Source of the DNA: Podarcis pityusensis
Taxonomy: Eukaryota
Reading direction: 5' to 3' (one strand)
DNA length: 64,000 bases
Assembly (NCBI GenBank): GCA_964106645.2
Contig: OZ067044.1
A program made the position numbers and the translations under genes. Every line of letters starts with the position of its first letter. Positions within the stretch are counted from its first letter, which is position 1. Under the pieces are notes generated by a model. The model did not search any database, was not told the DNA's origin, and was given only the letters and a program-made list of their open reading frames with translations. This document shows, one piece after another, positions 12,241-24,981 of the stretch.

Positions 12241-13257
12241 AAAAGTGTGATTACACGTACATTTCTTTTTCCTTGCTGCAGATAATATATGATAACAAAT
12301 CTTTAAGCCTGCCTTTTTTCCATTCCTTATGATAATGTACTGATTCAAAAAAGAATAATTAATATGAATCTAAGGTATCTTCTTTCTTTCTTTCTTTCTT
12401 TCTTGAGAAGGAAGCTCGGATAAAATTGGTAGTAAAAAACACATGATTAAAAAAACAACTAGATTCAGAAATCCAAACAGAACAGGAGCTAAATAAGAGG
12501 AAAAATCCTATTCACTCTAAACCTTTTGCAGGACTTCCTGTTTTTTTGAGAGCTTTTCGTGCCCAGAATAGTATTAGAAGCTGCATCCTCTGCATCAATA
12601 GACAATTCCACCCTTCAAGCCAGTTACACTCTCTAACTCATAAGTTGGCCTAAGCAAGTTGCCCATTTTGTTAACAAAATATTATGTCAGACAGGACTTG
12701 CACCATTCTCATTATTTCCAGAGGACTGTTTTCAAAATTCAAAACATAAAAACAGCAAACTTGTCATGTATCTACTTCTAATCAAGTAAGGCACATGAAT
12801 GAAATAAAATCTAGGGGTAATATAATGCATGTTTATCACTGGATGGCATCATAGCATGAACCCATTAGTATGTGAACTGCGAAATTGGTTTTCCTGCAAA
12901 CCACACAGCCTTATGTCTCAATCATTTAGGGCCCCCAAAGCCTTTCTACCTCCACCAGAGTAGGTGGAGGCAGGCAGGCAGGCACAGGCCAGAAACAAAA
13001 TATGGTGGATAGCACAGCTCTTTGGAACTTTACTCCAGGCCCATGCTCTGTGGTTTGGTCATGCAAATGCAGGACTGTGTGGCTGACAGTCATTGTTTTC
13101 TTGTGGCGGTGGCAATCTCTGGTGGCAATAGCAACTATGGCAGGAAGGTACATGTGCAGTACAGGAATAAAAGAAGGAGTAGATTGGTCTGGTGGGCAGA
13201 CTGGGTACAGGCAGGCATACTGCTGCCACTGGAATATAAGCCATGCTAAAAATAAAT

Positions 13258-13446
13258 GGGAAAGATGGAGGGCACAAGGAGAAGGGAACGACAGAGGATG
13301 GGATGGTTGGATAGTGTTCTCGAAACTACCAGCATGAGTTTGACTAAACTGCAGGAGGCAGTGGAAGACAGAAGTGCCTGGCGTGCTCTGGTCCATGGGG
13401 TCACGAAGAGTCGGACACGACTAAACAACTAAACAACAACAACAAC
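13258..13446 (+). mobile_element. Bov-B 3' fragment with 10-bp TSD
   Basis: Closely matches the 3' end of the long copy; TSD AAAAATAAAT at 13248-13257 and 13447-13456. Confidence 0.93.
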
Positions 13447-13469
13447 AAAAATAAATACTGATATAGGTT

Positions 13470-14091
13470 TGTGGGGAGACCCCCCTAAACCCAGGAAATT
13501 AATGAATGTCAGAATGTAGCTAATATTTGGGATAGGAAGGGAAAATGCAAACTGTAGACCTGTGACAGACAAGGAATCCTTGGGTGGGCTCATGCAAACC
13601 AGCCTGGCTGGGCTAGTTAAATGCAGAGCCATCAAGAAACAATACTGGGCCATTGAGGGCTATTGGCAATGCAAAAGAACTGTCCTTCCCCACCCCAGCT
13701 CTGAGGAGTGGACAGAGACAGGAGAATTGACAGGTTACCAAGGTGATGGGCTGGGAGTGAGGTAACAGGAAAAGTGTGTGTGTGTTTTTTGCAAAGAACA
13801 GAAGGCGCTACTGACTGTAGAGGCTGCAACCCAGAGACTGGGCAGCATGGCTGACTGCTCTTGACTCAAGTTGGCTGAAGCTGTGAGAGAAGCAAAAAGA
13901 GACACCCTGGAGATGTAATTCTGTGAAATCTAGTCCTCTCCATGTAATTCCAAGTGTATAGAGATGTAAAATAAATCATATATTTTAAAAAGCTACAGCC
14001 TCTGCTGTGCCCTGAATTCACAATGGAAACACGACCCCGGGTGAGTTCCTGGAGCCCCTGCAATCTTGCTACCACCCGCCAAAGACTGGCA
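13470..14091 (+). mobile_element. Possible solo LTR
   Basis: TG...CA ends and AATAAA at ~13970 followed by a U5-like segment; TSD not convincing (aggtt/aggaa). Confidence 0.3.
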
Positions 14092-15593
14092 AGGAAATTT
14101 AAGAATAAAGAAGCATTGCTGTTAGATCCAATATGGTATTCTTAAACCTAACCCTTGAAGAAGTCTGATATAGTCGCTGGGTGTGTAGTGTCATTATATC
14201 GCTTAGTCACAAAGTAACACTGGGCTAAATTGCATCTTTGCAGAATCAGGGGTATCCAGTTACTGTTCTGTTTTCGTTGTAGAGAGACAATAGTTGTTTA
14301 GCTTCCTCACAGATTATTCTCTATGCCTTCAATGATAGCAGATTTGCCTCTCTTCTTCAGGCCGAACCAAGCAGACAAACTCCAGAAATGTGTGGAAAGA
14401 GTGTAAAGTCAACATGGAAGTACATGACATTGCTACAGATTACAACCAACATTTTCAGTTCAAATATTAGTCAGCATTATAAACAGGAAGCAGAAGTTCA
14501 ACAGATGGTGCCATATTCTTCACTGAAGATATGTTTCAAACGACAGTAGACAGACTCTTACGGGCACTCACATAGGCTATCATACTTTATTCTACATAAT
14601 GTAAGAGGGGAAATGATATATATATATATACTTGCATATTGTGGCTTGCACAATGAACTCTTGCCTGAGATAAAGCCCCTTACCTGGGATAAAGCAATTA
14701 TGATCATGATTGTAGCAGCTGGAGAAACTGCAGATATGATCATATGAATGGATGCCAACTGCCTCTGTAAATTCTGTGATTTTTACTGTGCCATTATTTA
14801 CATGCATAGATGATCATTTGAAGAAAATAAGTGGGGCCTACATATAAGCAGAATAGTGTCAACATAAAGCTCCCACCCTTGCTAATTATGTCTTTATTCA
14901 GTATAGTCATTCATTCATCAGACTGTTGAGGAGCTGCTACACTGGCATTCTATATTCACAAAGTATTCATACTTTCAACACTTAAAGATAAACATTAACA
15001 GCATTTGACAGAATAAAAGCTTGGGGAAATTCTAAACTCATGTGTCAGAACCTTGACACATGAAAACAAACGCACTGCTAGAATTGTTGGCATCCGTCTG
15101 TCCTGAGATCGAGTGTGCCTCCAGGCGTGAAGTCAAATCACTACTTTTGCAGCAGCAAAGTGACTTCTCTGGGACACAAGCCTGAGCAGTGTCTATGGAG
15201 GTCCTGGGATAATAAGATCCCTCTCTTGGAAACAACGCCTCCCCCACCAACATTTTGGTGCAGATACCACAGGTTCCCTCTGGCAGCAAACTCAGGAGGT
15301 TGAGTGCTGACAGGATTCAAGTCAAAACAGGGTCACTAAGAAACAAAAGGTGCATATCAACATATTCAGGAAAACTATTGTGTTACACAGAAGTACAAAA
15401 TATTTTGTTTTAAAAACTCACAGAAGACAACAAATCAAAATCTCAGGAAAGAAGGTCAATGGACTTCTGGATCCTTAGTTTTCAGATGGAAAAGAAAAAC
15501 TGATGTACTGTATGGCAAAAAGGAGAAGAATGAATGACTTACATGTGTGAACTTAGAATTTGAATTATATAGAGTAGGCTTCATGGGATAAAT

Positions 15594-15902
15594 CAGGGGT
15601 AGGCAACCTAAGGCCCAATCGCCTTCTCAATTTGGCCCATGGACGGTCCGGGAATCAGCGTGTTTTTACATGAGTAGAATGTGTGCTTTTATTTAAAATG
15701 CATCTCTGGGTTATTTGTGGGGCCTGCCTGGTGTTTTTACATGAGTAGAATGTGTGCTTTTATTTAAAATGCATCTCTGGGTTATTTGTGGGGCATAGGA
15801 ATTCGTTCATTTTTTTTTCTTTTTCCAAAATATAGTCCGGCCCACCACATGGTCTGAGGGACGGTGGACCGGCCCATGGCTGAAAAAGGTTGCTGATCTC
15901 TG
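15594..15902. mobile_element. hAT (Charlie-type) MITE with an internal 64-bp tandem duplication
   Basis: TIRs caggggtaggcaacct / aggttgctgatctctg; 8-bp TSD ggataaat/ggacagat; same family as 45682-45931. Confidence 0.88.
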
Positions 15903-17233
15903 GGACAGATGCACAAAGACATACATCTCTTGGAAGTTACTGGACTTGATGACCCTGTTGCCTCCAGCTTTAATTATAAAATGACCAGTTACCACAGTAT
16001 GGTCAGACTATTGCTTGGCATTCAACTCTGAACATAGACATTAAATGCTAAATTAAGGAAAGCAGTGAGATGGCTGGAGGTAAGAAGAGCAAACAAGACT
16101 TGCATTATGCTTTCTATTTCAAAGGAACAGATGAAGCAGAAGAACTCAATGTGGTAAAAGCACTATTAAGTACTCTTGCTGGTTGCCTCCGCAGACACAA
16201 ATGAATTGGCAAGAAAACTTTTTCTGCTAATAAAAAGTATCCCATGGGCATTCTGGGAAATCCTGGCACTGCCACATTTCTATCTCGATGGCCTGCTTCA
16301 CTGGGTTTTACTACAATGATTAAAGAATCAATGCCTTGTAGACAGCTTGCTTCCCAGCAGACGCACAAGTGGGTGGTGCCATATCCTGTCCCCAGGGGAT
16401 CTTCAGATTCCAATGGAGATAGCTGTATAGCCAAACTGAATTTCTGGACATAATGCTTAGAGAACAGCAGTGATTAAGCACGTACACTACTCCCACCCAA
16501 CAACACAACACACACAAAAGGATATGACCAAGACAGCAAACATAATAATTGCATATGCCAGAACATAGACTATGGGATCTGGATCAAATGCCATCAGATT
16601 TCAGGATATTTGGCATCTCCAAGGTGGGTCTGTATCAGGAAGCAAGGGACCCAGAATCTTTTAAATGGGTCAAAGAGAGAACATATTCAATACACAATGC
16701 ACATTAACTTATTTGAACTCATAATTAGGAGAAGGTTTCTAATAGAGCAAGAAACACCGGTCCATGAAAGGCCCAGCAGGGCAGCACATGCAAAATATGC
16801 AGACATGTTTTCCCAACAATAATTAATTATACCTAGTCAGGCCCTGTGCATGCTAAGCACAGAGTGGTGTGTTGAGACAATGCAGAATATTCTCTCAACC
16901 TACCAATGCAAGGAAACAAAGACCACAAATTAACCTGAATACTTTGATCAATAACTTCTCATCTGTGTGTGATCAGTTCTCCCAGAATGACTTAATCTAT
17001 GGCATCTTACCCTTGTATGAAGCCAGACACAACAGGTTACAATCCGGCTTATGCGCTAGTCAATCACACAAGATTTTGGTGATGAACTACAACCTTCACT
17101 TGAGTCAGTGCTGGTCATTTGTTTAGTACTTTATGACTCTATAGTCTTAGATTTTACCATTTAACAATGTTTGAATTGTTTTAGTGTACACAGACTAAAT
17201 ATTTTTTACAAATTGGTGGCTTAACGGTATTCT

Positions 17234-17290
<57 letters not shown>

Positions 17291-17296
17291 ATAAAT
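17234..17296. repeat. (AGAT)n then (AAAT)n microsatellite
   Basis: Direct reading. Confidence 0.95.
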
Positions 17297-17297
17297 A

Positions 17298-17450
17298 CTG
17301 GGAGACCAGGGTTCAAATCCCCATTCAATCACAAAGTTCACTTGGTGACCTTGGGCTAGTAGCTGCCTTTCATCCTAACTTACCACGCAAGGTTCTTATG
17401 GGGATTATATGGAGATGCTGAGAGCCAGTGTGAGCTCCTTGGAGAAAATG
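17298..17450 (+). mobile_element. Old tRNA-derived SINE fragment (Squam3/MIR-like)
   Basis: B box ggttcaaatccc and gtgaccttgggc core. Confidence 0.6.
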
Positions 17451-17535
17451 CTCACCCTCATATAGAAAATGTAGAGGGGATGGTGGCAGAGGAAATATTT
17501 GGTATTACTTAATAGCCACCCATCAGAATCTCCTT

Positions 17536-17582
17536 ACAATCTTACTCGGCTATGAGTGATCACCAAAGAAGAAGAAGAAGAA
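17536..17582 (+). mobile_element. Extreme 3' end of an RTE LINE with (GAA)n tail
   Basis: acaatcttactcggctatgagtgatc...gaagaagaag matches the reverse complement of 61009-61055. Confidence 0.7.
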
Positions 17583-17911
17583 AACAAGGTACTACATCAG
17601 TATCTGGGCTAGAACAAGGTATACTGGTGCCCAAGTGAAACAACACAAAATGCACACAGTCAACCACATATTTTATTATGTGGAAGGTTAACAGCAGTTG
17701 TGATAAAAAGATAAAACCAACTGCATATCATTTAAAGATTTCTTTCCATTGCGGTAACATTACAATTAAATCAGGAACATAATTAAATTAAATCAGGAAA
17801 TCATAATTATTCAAATGCTTATTACAGCAGTAGAAAACTTGTAGACAACTTGTAAGTATAATGTAGACAATTTAATATCGCACAGCATAGAGCAGTATTG
17901 ATAGACTTAAT

Positions 17912-18072
17912 TAGGGGTTTCCAAACTTTCTTTCCCCCATGGACCACCTGAAGAATGCTAAGGGTCATGGTAGTTGTGGCAATTGTAATGAGATGTGCTG
18001 GATGCTGAATGATTTTTATGTTTTTATGAACATGCCACCTGAAAGAATTGAATCATAGATTGGGAACCCCTG
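17912..18072. mobile_element. Old hAT MITE
   Basis: TIRs taggggtttccaa / ttgggaacccctg; TSD degenerate. Confidence 0.55.
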
Positions 18073-19162
18073 GAATAAACTATTAAATATCAATCCATGT
18101 ATCACAGCCAATAGACAAAAAATAAAAAGCATATTCCTCACAAGAATCTAAGAGCAGAACAGATTCAAAAGTATAACAGTACTCACAAGAGCCTCCATGA
18201 GCAAGGCAAGGAGCACACATAAAGTTATAAATAAGACAGTAAAATCTGGAAATAAAAGGTTTGTACTAGTAAAGTATAGATTTTAAATTTATGTATATGC
18301 TGCAATGAGGATGTTTTGTTGTTTGGGGTCATGCAAAAGCATCACCGTTTAGATGGGAGCTGCCTGCCAGATAATTCATTTTTCATATTGATAGTTCAAA
18401 AGCCAAGAGCAATTGTGAGTGTGATACGAAAAAGAGAAGGCAATTTTATCCTATCATGAAAATGTTTATATGTAGGTGGATCCTATTAAAAAGGTAGAAA
18501 CTGAATATTGGTCTTTCCTTTACATTAACGTGAAGGACCAGAAGAACAATGACATGGGCAACCTACAGAAGAGTTTCAGACATGAAATAAGTTTTCAGGA
18601 GCTCTCTGCATTTTAACAAGCAGAATCACTGAGGCAATACAGTAGTTGATGGGTAGTCAAGAAACAGAGGATGGACATACCCAATAAGAAAAAAAATTTG
18701 CCTTCCAGGATGTCAAACATTAGCCATATTTTGTTTGAGAAGAGGATTTGAAAATAGAATAAAATAAATAAAAATGCTTCATTTGCTCATGCTTTCTCCA
18801 ACCATTTATTTTCTACTTAGTATTTTAAATTAATAATATAGGATGTTATCCAATTAACGTATTACAGCTGCACAAGATTTCTCCTTTCCCCCTCCCTCTT
18901 TTCTCCCCCTGTATTTCTCACGCCCTCCCCAAATCTGCTCCGGAGGGTTAGAACTTGGGAGAACCCACAGAACTAGTCATTAGTACTTCTGTCCTTTCTG
19001 AATAATGTCTTAGTTTGTTACCTCCAATCCATCACTGCACCCAGACACTGATTTAGGACAGATTTATTGGCATTAGTTGAAAAAAAGAAACAGAGTTGGG
19101 TGTCATCCGTATATTACTGACATAGCATTCCAGAACACTAGATGACCCAGAAGTTTCATGTA

Positions 19163-19354
19163 CAGTAGATGCTCGGGTTGCGAACATGATCCGTGCAGGA
19201 AGCACGTCCACAACCCGCAGCGCCGCGTCTGCGCACACGCGGGTCGCGATTCAGCGCTTCTGCGCATGCGCCGAAACCCAGAAGTAATCCGTTCTGGTAT
19301 TTCCGGGTTCAGAACGGTGTGCAACCTGAAATCACGCAACCCGAGGTATGACTG
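19163..19354. mobile_element. Tigger/pogo-like MITE
   Basis: TA|cagtagatgctcgggttgcg ... cgcaacccgaggtatgactg|TA. Confidence 0.85.
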
Positions 19355-20885
19355 TAGATGTTAAATGTCATGAGGGAAAGGGCAGAACCCTGAAGAACCC
19401 CATAAGCTGGTGGGAAGGGTTTAAACTATAGTCTCCCAGTGCCACCTTCTGGAATGTCCTACCATACAAGATAAAAGTACTGCAGCAGAATATTCCTACT
19501 CTCATACTTGCCAAATATTCCAAAGCAGCATGGATAAGAGTATAAAATGCTGATGAGAGTTTCAGCAGAAATACACTTTTTTAAAAAAACAAACCACCAT
19601 TTGTGGCCAATAGGAAGCGCCTCCATTTTCCCCCAACCATGCAGCCACAGACAATAAAGATGGTGTTTCTTGGGCAGAAACAGCAGCATCTAATCTGTCT
19701 TTCCATATGCTACATACCAATCCATTCATATTTTCCATATCTCCATTTTAAAATTAAATCATTCTAAATAATATTTATTATCTATAAAGCACCTCCAAAG
19801 AACAGGTGTCGTAAAAAAATTGTGCTGAAAGGAAGAGCTTTAACAATCTGAAAAAGGGTTTAACAATCTAAAAAGAGAAGACTCTAAAGAAAAAGAAAGG
19901 GATTTTTTCCCCAAAGGGAGAGCAATTTTCAAATTTCAAAATGCTTCTTCAAGAAAGGTATAAAAGTAACTGCTACTGCTTTCATCTACAGTTAAGTAAA
20001 TATATGTTGGTAGAAAAGAGGGCTTTTTAATCTTTGCTATCCACATACACTTCTAAAATGACAGTTTGCTAAATACCAGTCATACAAACTGTACTCAGTT
20101 TTTCAAACCACCAAGACAGAATCTGGAGTAAAATTCTAACTATGAAGCCAAAAAGCAATAATAATTACACTAACAGTGCAGTTACTGTACCTTGTCTGAT
20201 AGTTTTACCATATACAAAGCCTGACCATAAAATGGTTTATCAAGTTCTTTATGATATGCCGATTTGCTTGTGATATACTGCCAATTTATAATATTAATCA
20301 AACTGTGTAACAGGAGAAGCATGATGCCAAATGCACAGAGCATCTTGATATGCAAATACAATGTTCATGGTGCTTTAGAGTCCTTTCCTCATTGATTCTA
20401 ACCACGGCGACACACATTACTTGACTTGTACAAGAGTGCACAGGTTATGCAATATTTGAAGTAGGTTTCCCATGGCTAAGTGTATTTAAAAAGAAATCAG
20501 TTCTCTGGACCATAATTAACTGCTTCAGTATTACTCAAATTCAAAGGGGGGAAAAAAGACAACAGGAAAAATATCCTCAAGCACATATATAAAAACTGAA
20601 AGAGAAAGTAATTTAACTTTAAGAGATCTGTGGAAAGGATGACAAAAATAAAAGGAATTTTTACTGTGGTTCCCATTTTCCAACTTCCAAGAATTGCTGA
20701 AAAGATTTAAGCTTCCCTGTCACATGCACCAATAAAATCCCAGACTCTTTCCATAACAAGTAAAACCCATTCCTATGAACATCTGAGAACACCTGACTGA
20801 TCAATTATGGAATGAGGAGGTAATCCACATATTTAGATATTTTCCCAAAGGTGTATAATCACGATTAATACAATACATATCATTG

Positions 20886-20980
20886 TGCATCTATTAATTG
20901 GGTTTTGGCCCAGGAAAGCTTGTGCAACAGTATGTCTGTTAGGTCTTTAAATGCCACAGTGCAAGGCTCTGCTGTTTTAT
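20886..20980 (+). mobile_element. Highly degraded Penelope-like terminal-repeat fragment
   Basis: gggttttggccca-ggaaagctt-gtgca...tgttaggtctttaaatgccac parallels the 24759-24830 arm. Confidence 0.45.
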
Positions 20981-22333
20981 CTCATTTTATCATGTTCTCC
21001 AATGACTGAAGTTGTAAGACAACTACAGTATAGCAATGATAAGTCATTCAGATTTCAAATGAAATCTATTGCAACTTCAGATCCATAAAGGTTCTTGGTG
21101 TGCAATATAGAGTGGAAACAAAAAGCCTGTTCACATATCACAGGTGGTCAGACTTGAAGTGTAAGCACAGTATCCACCACCAGCCAACTATTATCCAGTC
21201 ATTGGTAAAGGGCCAGTAATGTATTTGGCCACCTGAAAACAATTAGGAGGGTTCTATAATAAAATTGACACTCTGTTTCCGACGCAACTCTAGACACAGC
21301 TGCAAACAGATCACAAGCTTTATATTAACCTAAGTTTAGGTTTATATGTAACTATGACCTAGGAAAACAATAATGATAATGATAAACTGATTAATCAAAA
21401 ATTGAAACAAAACCTATTTTCTTATGGCAACATCACAAGAGAGGATAGGAGGGGGCCACATAAACCCAATGAATGTTAATGTTTAATGAGACTACTGACT
21501 TCATGGCTACAACATAGCTAGAATACCACACTGAAAAATTCAAAGAGAGATTGTCTTGTCTAGACAGAAACTTCTTATCTACCTTACAAGCAAAGCTATT
21601 GAAAATTTGGATTAAAACTACAAGATCCAATGGTTCCCAGTAAGATTCCTGTGGAGGCAATAGGTCATAACTGGCATTCCTATTGAATCAGAGATTATAG
21701 AAGGCATCAGATTGGAGAAGACCACCTCAGACCATTTCTGGTTGCTGACTGTACTCTGCAGAGAGCAGAGTTCTCCTGAAACACAAGATAATCTGACTTC
21801 TCTGACTGGCCTCTGACAAATGCAGATTAACTTCACTGCTACCTCTGTTATGATGTTGCTGCTTCTACTGCAAATTGAATGTGGCTTACGTTTTCCTTTC
21901 AGATTGCAGCTGGTTTGAGAGAAAATGCACCAAACACCAGTATTTCTCAAGAAATCACAGGATAGCTCTGCATTCATGGGCAACATAATGTGCACAAGGA
22001 TTCAAAATCCAGCAGTGGGAGTGCACTGCAGCCAGGGTAAACAGTAATGTGTACACAGCCTAAGTCTTAGCTGAGAGAAAGGAGCTGAAAATGTATAATG
22101 GTGTGTTTGTGGGAGGGCATCTTGGCATCAAGGGCTATGCTGGGAACTCGACAAAAAGCCTTCGTGAAATATATATTTATTTAAAAGCACTTATAAAGGA
22201 CTTAATATTTTTTAAAAATCTAATCAATGTACAGCATAAGAGCAATGAACAATATAATAAAAACAAAAATACAACAAACCCAGTAAAACAGAATAAAAGC
22301 AAATACAAGCCAAAACAGGAATTCAAGACATTC

Positions 22334-22365
22334 AAATAAATAAATAAATAAATAAATAAATAAAT
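22334..22365. repeat. (AAAT)n microsatellite
   Basis: Direct reading. Confidence 0.9.
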
Positions 22366-23489
22366 TTGACCCTAGGCTTCTTGCTATCTCTCAAATGGAG
22401 TACATCGGCTACAAATGAATACTTTTGAATTCTATTCTGATGCTACACCAGTTTTCCCTCTCACAGAAACTCGGATATCTGCTTCATTCACTGTAGTTTG
22501 AACGTGTCTGGATTATCCAATTTTGGCCTGGTGAACTTCCTCTGGAGGTAACATACTTTATTAGGAATATTTAATATGAAATGTGTTACTGAAAGTTTGG
22601 TTTAAAGCCCTGATCTTCTTTATTGTACTATGACACTATTATCAAACCTACAAGCACCAAGGCCTCAAGTCATGGCAACTGATCTTTTGACTCTGACAAA
22701 AATGGCTGCAAGTTAGGAGTAGGTCCAGGCAGCTACTGAAAAAGACAAAAATCTAAATATTGAATTGCGCTGTGCCATAATTTTTTTGGAAGAAGTAAGC
22801 ATGTCAAAGCAATTTGGGAAGCCAAGCTAATATTCTGTGGTTTCTATACATTTGTTCTTTATTCTGGTATGAAGAATTACAATACCACTGCTTCTACCAT
22901 GCCAGCAACACATGTTCCAATATTTACTCAAGTTTTAGATTACATATCCAGTGTTGTACCGATTTCTATTTTGGTCCTACACTTAATACTGTTGAGAGTG
23001 GATTGATCTGACATCCGGGTGATTTAAATAAATGTGTTAAATTACCCAAGAAAAATAGGCTGATTTGAAACTATTGATTCAAAATCAACCCCTCTCATTT
23101 TATTTCCTGAACTAGCATGCATACTGACTATTGACTGGAAAATGCATGTCAGTGAGTCAGCAGTGGCTTGGTGGATTTAGAGGTTACATCAAGAGCCACT
23201 GTTGGTTTGAATACTCTTTCTGTCTACATATCATATTGTTTTGCTTTATAGCATATAAAGTAAGCAACATATTGTCATCTTATTGTATATTAGGAACACA
23301 GAAAGCTGCCCTGTATTACATTGGCCCATATATAGCTTAGTCTTGCCTCCCCGGAGTTTCAGACTGGAGTCATTCCCTGTCCTACTTGGATATATTTACA
23401 CCAAAAAATGGTTTTCCTGCCCACTGCTCCCCCACCCACCCTGCCTGCCTGTCCACATCATGAAAATCTGTATTTGAAAGAATACAGAG

Positions 23490-23725
23490 ACTGTGGGACC
23501 CAGCCAAAGGCCCATCCAGTCCAGCACCCTGTCCTCACAGTGCCCACCCAGATGCCTGTGGGAGGTCTCCAAGCAGGCCTCAAGCACCAGAGTACTTCTT
23601 CCAGCAACTGGTATTCAGAAGCCATTGACTGTGGAGACAGACCAATAGCCATCATGGTTAGTAACCATCAGTCTCTTCCATGAATTTGCCTAATCCTCTT
23701 TTTAAGCTATCTAAGTTGGTGGCCA
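23490..23725 (-). mobile_element. CR1 LINE 3' end
   Basis: ccaaaggcccatccagtccagcaccctg...tccatgaatttgcctaatcctcttttt is a typical antisense CR1 terminus. Confidence 0.7.
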
Positions 23726-24461
23726 AATATTTTACTCTTGATTTTGTTGTATACCAGTTCAAGAGGCATTTGAGCTGGAAAGTGGTTTAAAAGATTTATA
23801 TAAATAGACATTCTAAAATTCCTCCCTATTGTTACAATCCCAAACCTTGGTTAGAAAAGATTTTTGATTACTTTGTTATAGTCCTTTAACTAACCCAGCA
23901 CCATAGAATAATATTTGAATGATATTATTATTTGATTAAATTTCAAGCGTATGGGCAAGCCTTCTTTCACTTTTATTTTTAAGACAATGCCTAGTATTTT
24001 TAAAAACAATATTTTCAAATTAGTACATATTTTTACAAAGTGGCAGAGTTCCTGATCAGTCAAGGGATAAATTAACCGACAGCCATGTTTTAGAAAGGTT
24101 AGTGGGCTCCTCCCCACTGCCTGCAATTACTTTCACTACCTGCTTTTTCTCCAGAAAAATATTTGTTTAGCATTTCTATACTGATTCTCTGCCATCAAAA
24201 GAGCACTCAAGTGATGCACAGCACAGCACATAACACAATAAAGGCCACATCAACAAACATTAATATCATTTCTAAAAATCAATAAAATAAATGCACTTAA
24301 AACCAGCCCTAAAAAAGTTGAAGATAAAATTAAATTTAAAAATAAAAACCTTCAATCAACTTTAAAGTTGTTCCTCAAGAGCCACATTTTGATAAGCTGC
24401 TGAAACAATAAATAAAAAAATTGTCCAGTAGCACCTTAGAGACCAGCTAAGTTTGTTATTG

Positions 24462-24499
24462 GTATGAGCTTTCATGTGCATGCACACTTCTTCAGATAC
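24462..24499 (-). ncRNA. Minimal type-I hammerhead ribozyme motif (Penelope-type), core intact
   Basis: Minus strand reads GUAU-CUGAAGA-A-GUGUG-CAUG-CACAU-GAAA-GC-UC-AUAC: stem I GUAU/AUAC, CUGANGA, stem II, GAAA and a palindromic AGCU stem III. Confidence 0.75.
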
Positions 24500-24758
24500 A
24501 CTGAAACAGAAGTCACCAGACCCCTATATATAGTGGGAGGCTGGGGTGGGGTTTTTCTCAGAAGGGTAGTGGGAGATGGGTGATTGACTCAATGGGTATG
24601 GTAAACCTGTTGACGACTGTTAATGACCGCAATTAGTCCTACAGGAAAAGCAAGGGATAGTATGCAGATGACCAAAAATAATCTCCCACTACCCTTCTGA
24701 GAAAAACCCCACCCCACCCTCCCACTATATATAAGGGTCTGGTGACTTCTGTTTCAGT

Positions 24759-24795
24759 GTATCTGAAGAAGTGTGTATGCACACAAAGCTTATAC
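24759..24795 (+). ncRNA. Second hammerhead motif, core damaged (G of GAAA lost)
   Basis: GUAU-CUGAAGA-A-GUGUGUAUGCACAC-AAA-GCUU-AUAC. Confidence 0.6.
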
Positions 24796-24981
24796 CCAGA
24801 ACAAACTTAGTTGGTCTCTAAGGTGCTACTGGACTATCAAACTATCTATCTATCTATCTATCTATCTAGACTGCGTCAGACCAACACGGCTACCTACCGG
24901 AATGCTGAAACAACAAGAAATATATGACGAAATGCACTTCTTATGGAGTTTACCTATGTATGACCAATACCACAGAAGAAG

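Larger units (their letters stand above)
24409..24902. mobile_element. Penelope-like element insertion with inverted terminal-repeat (pLTR) arms and 11-bp TSD
   Basis: Arms 24423-24577 and 24681-24834 are near-perfect reverse complements. PLE-typical ends ...tctctaaggtgctactggac...gaccaacacggctacc. TSD TGCTGAAACAA at 24398-24408 and 24903-24913. Confidence 0.88.

Noticed and set aside
21903-22036. Plus-strand acceptor (ttttcctttcag) and donor-like (gtaaac) pair suggesting an antisense exon
   Set aside because: All three frames contain stops and there is no supporting evidence.
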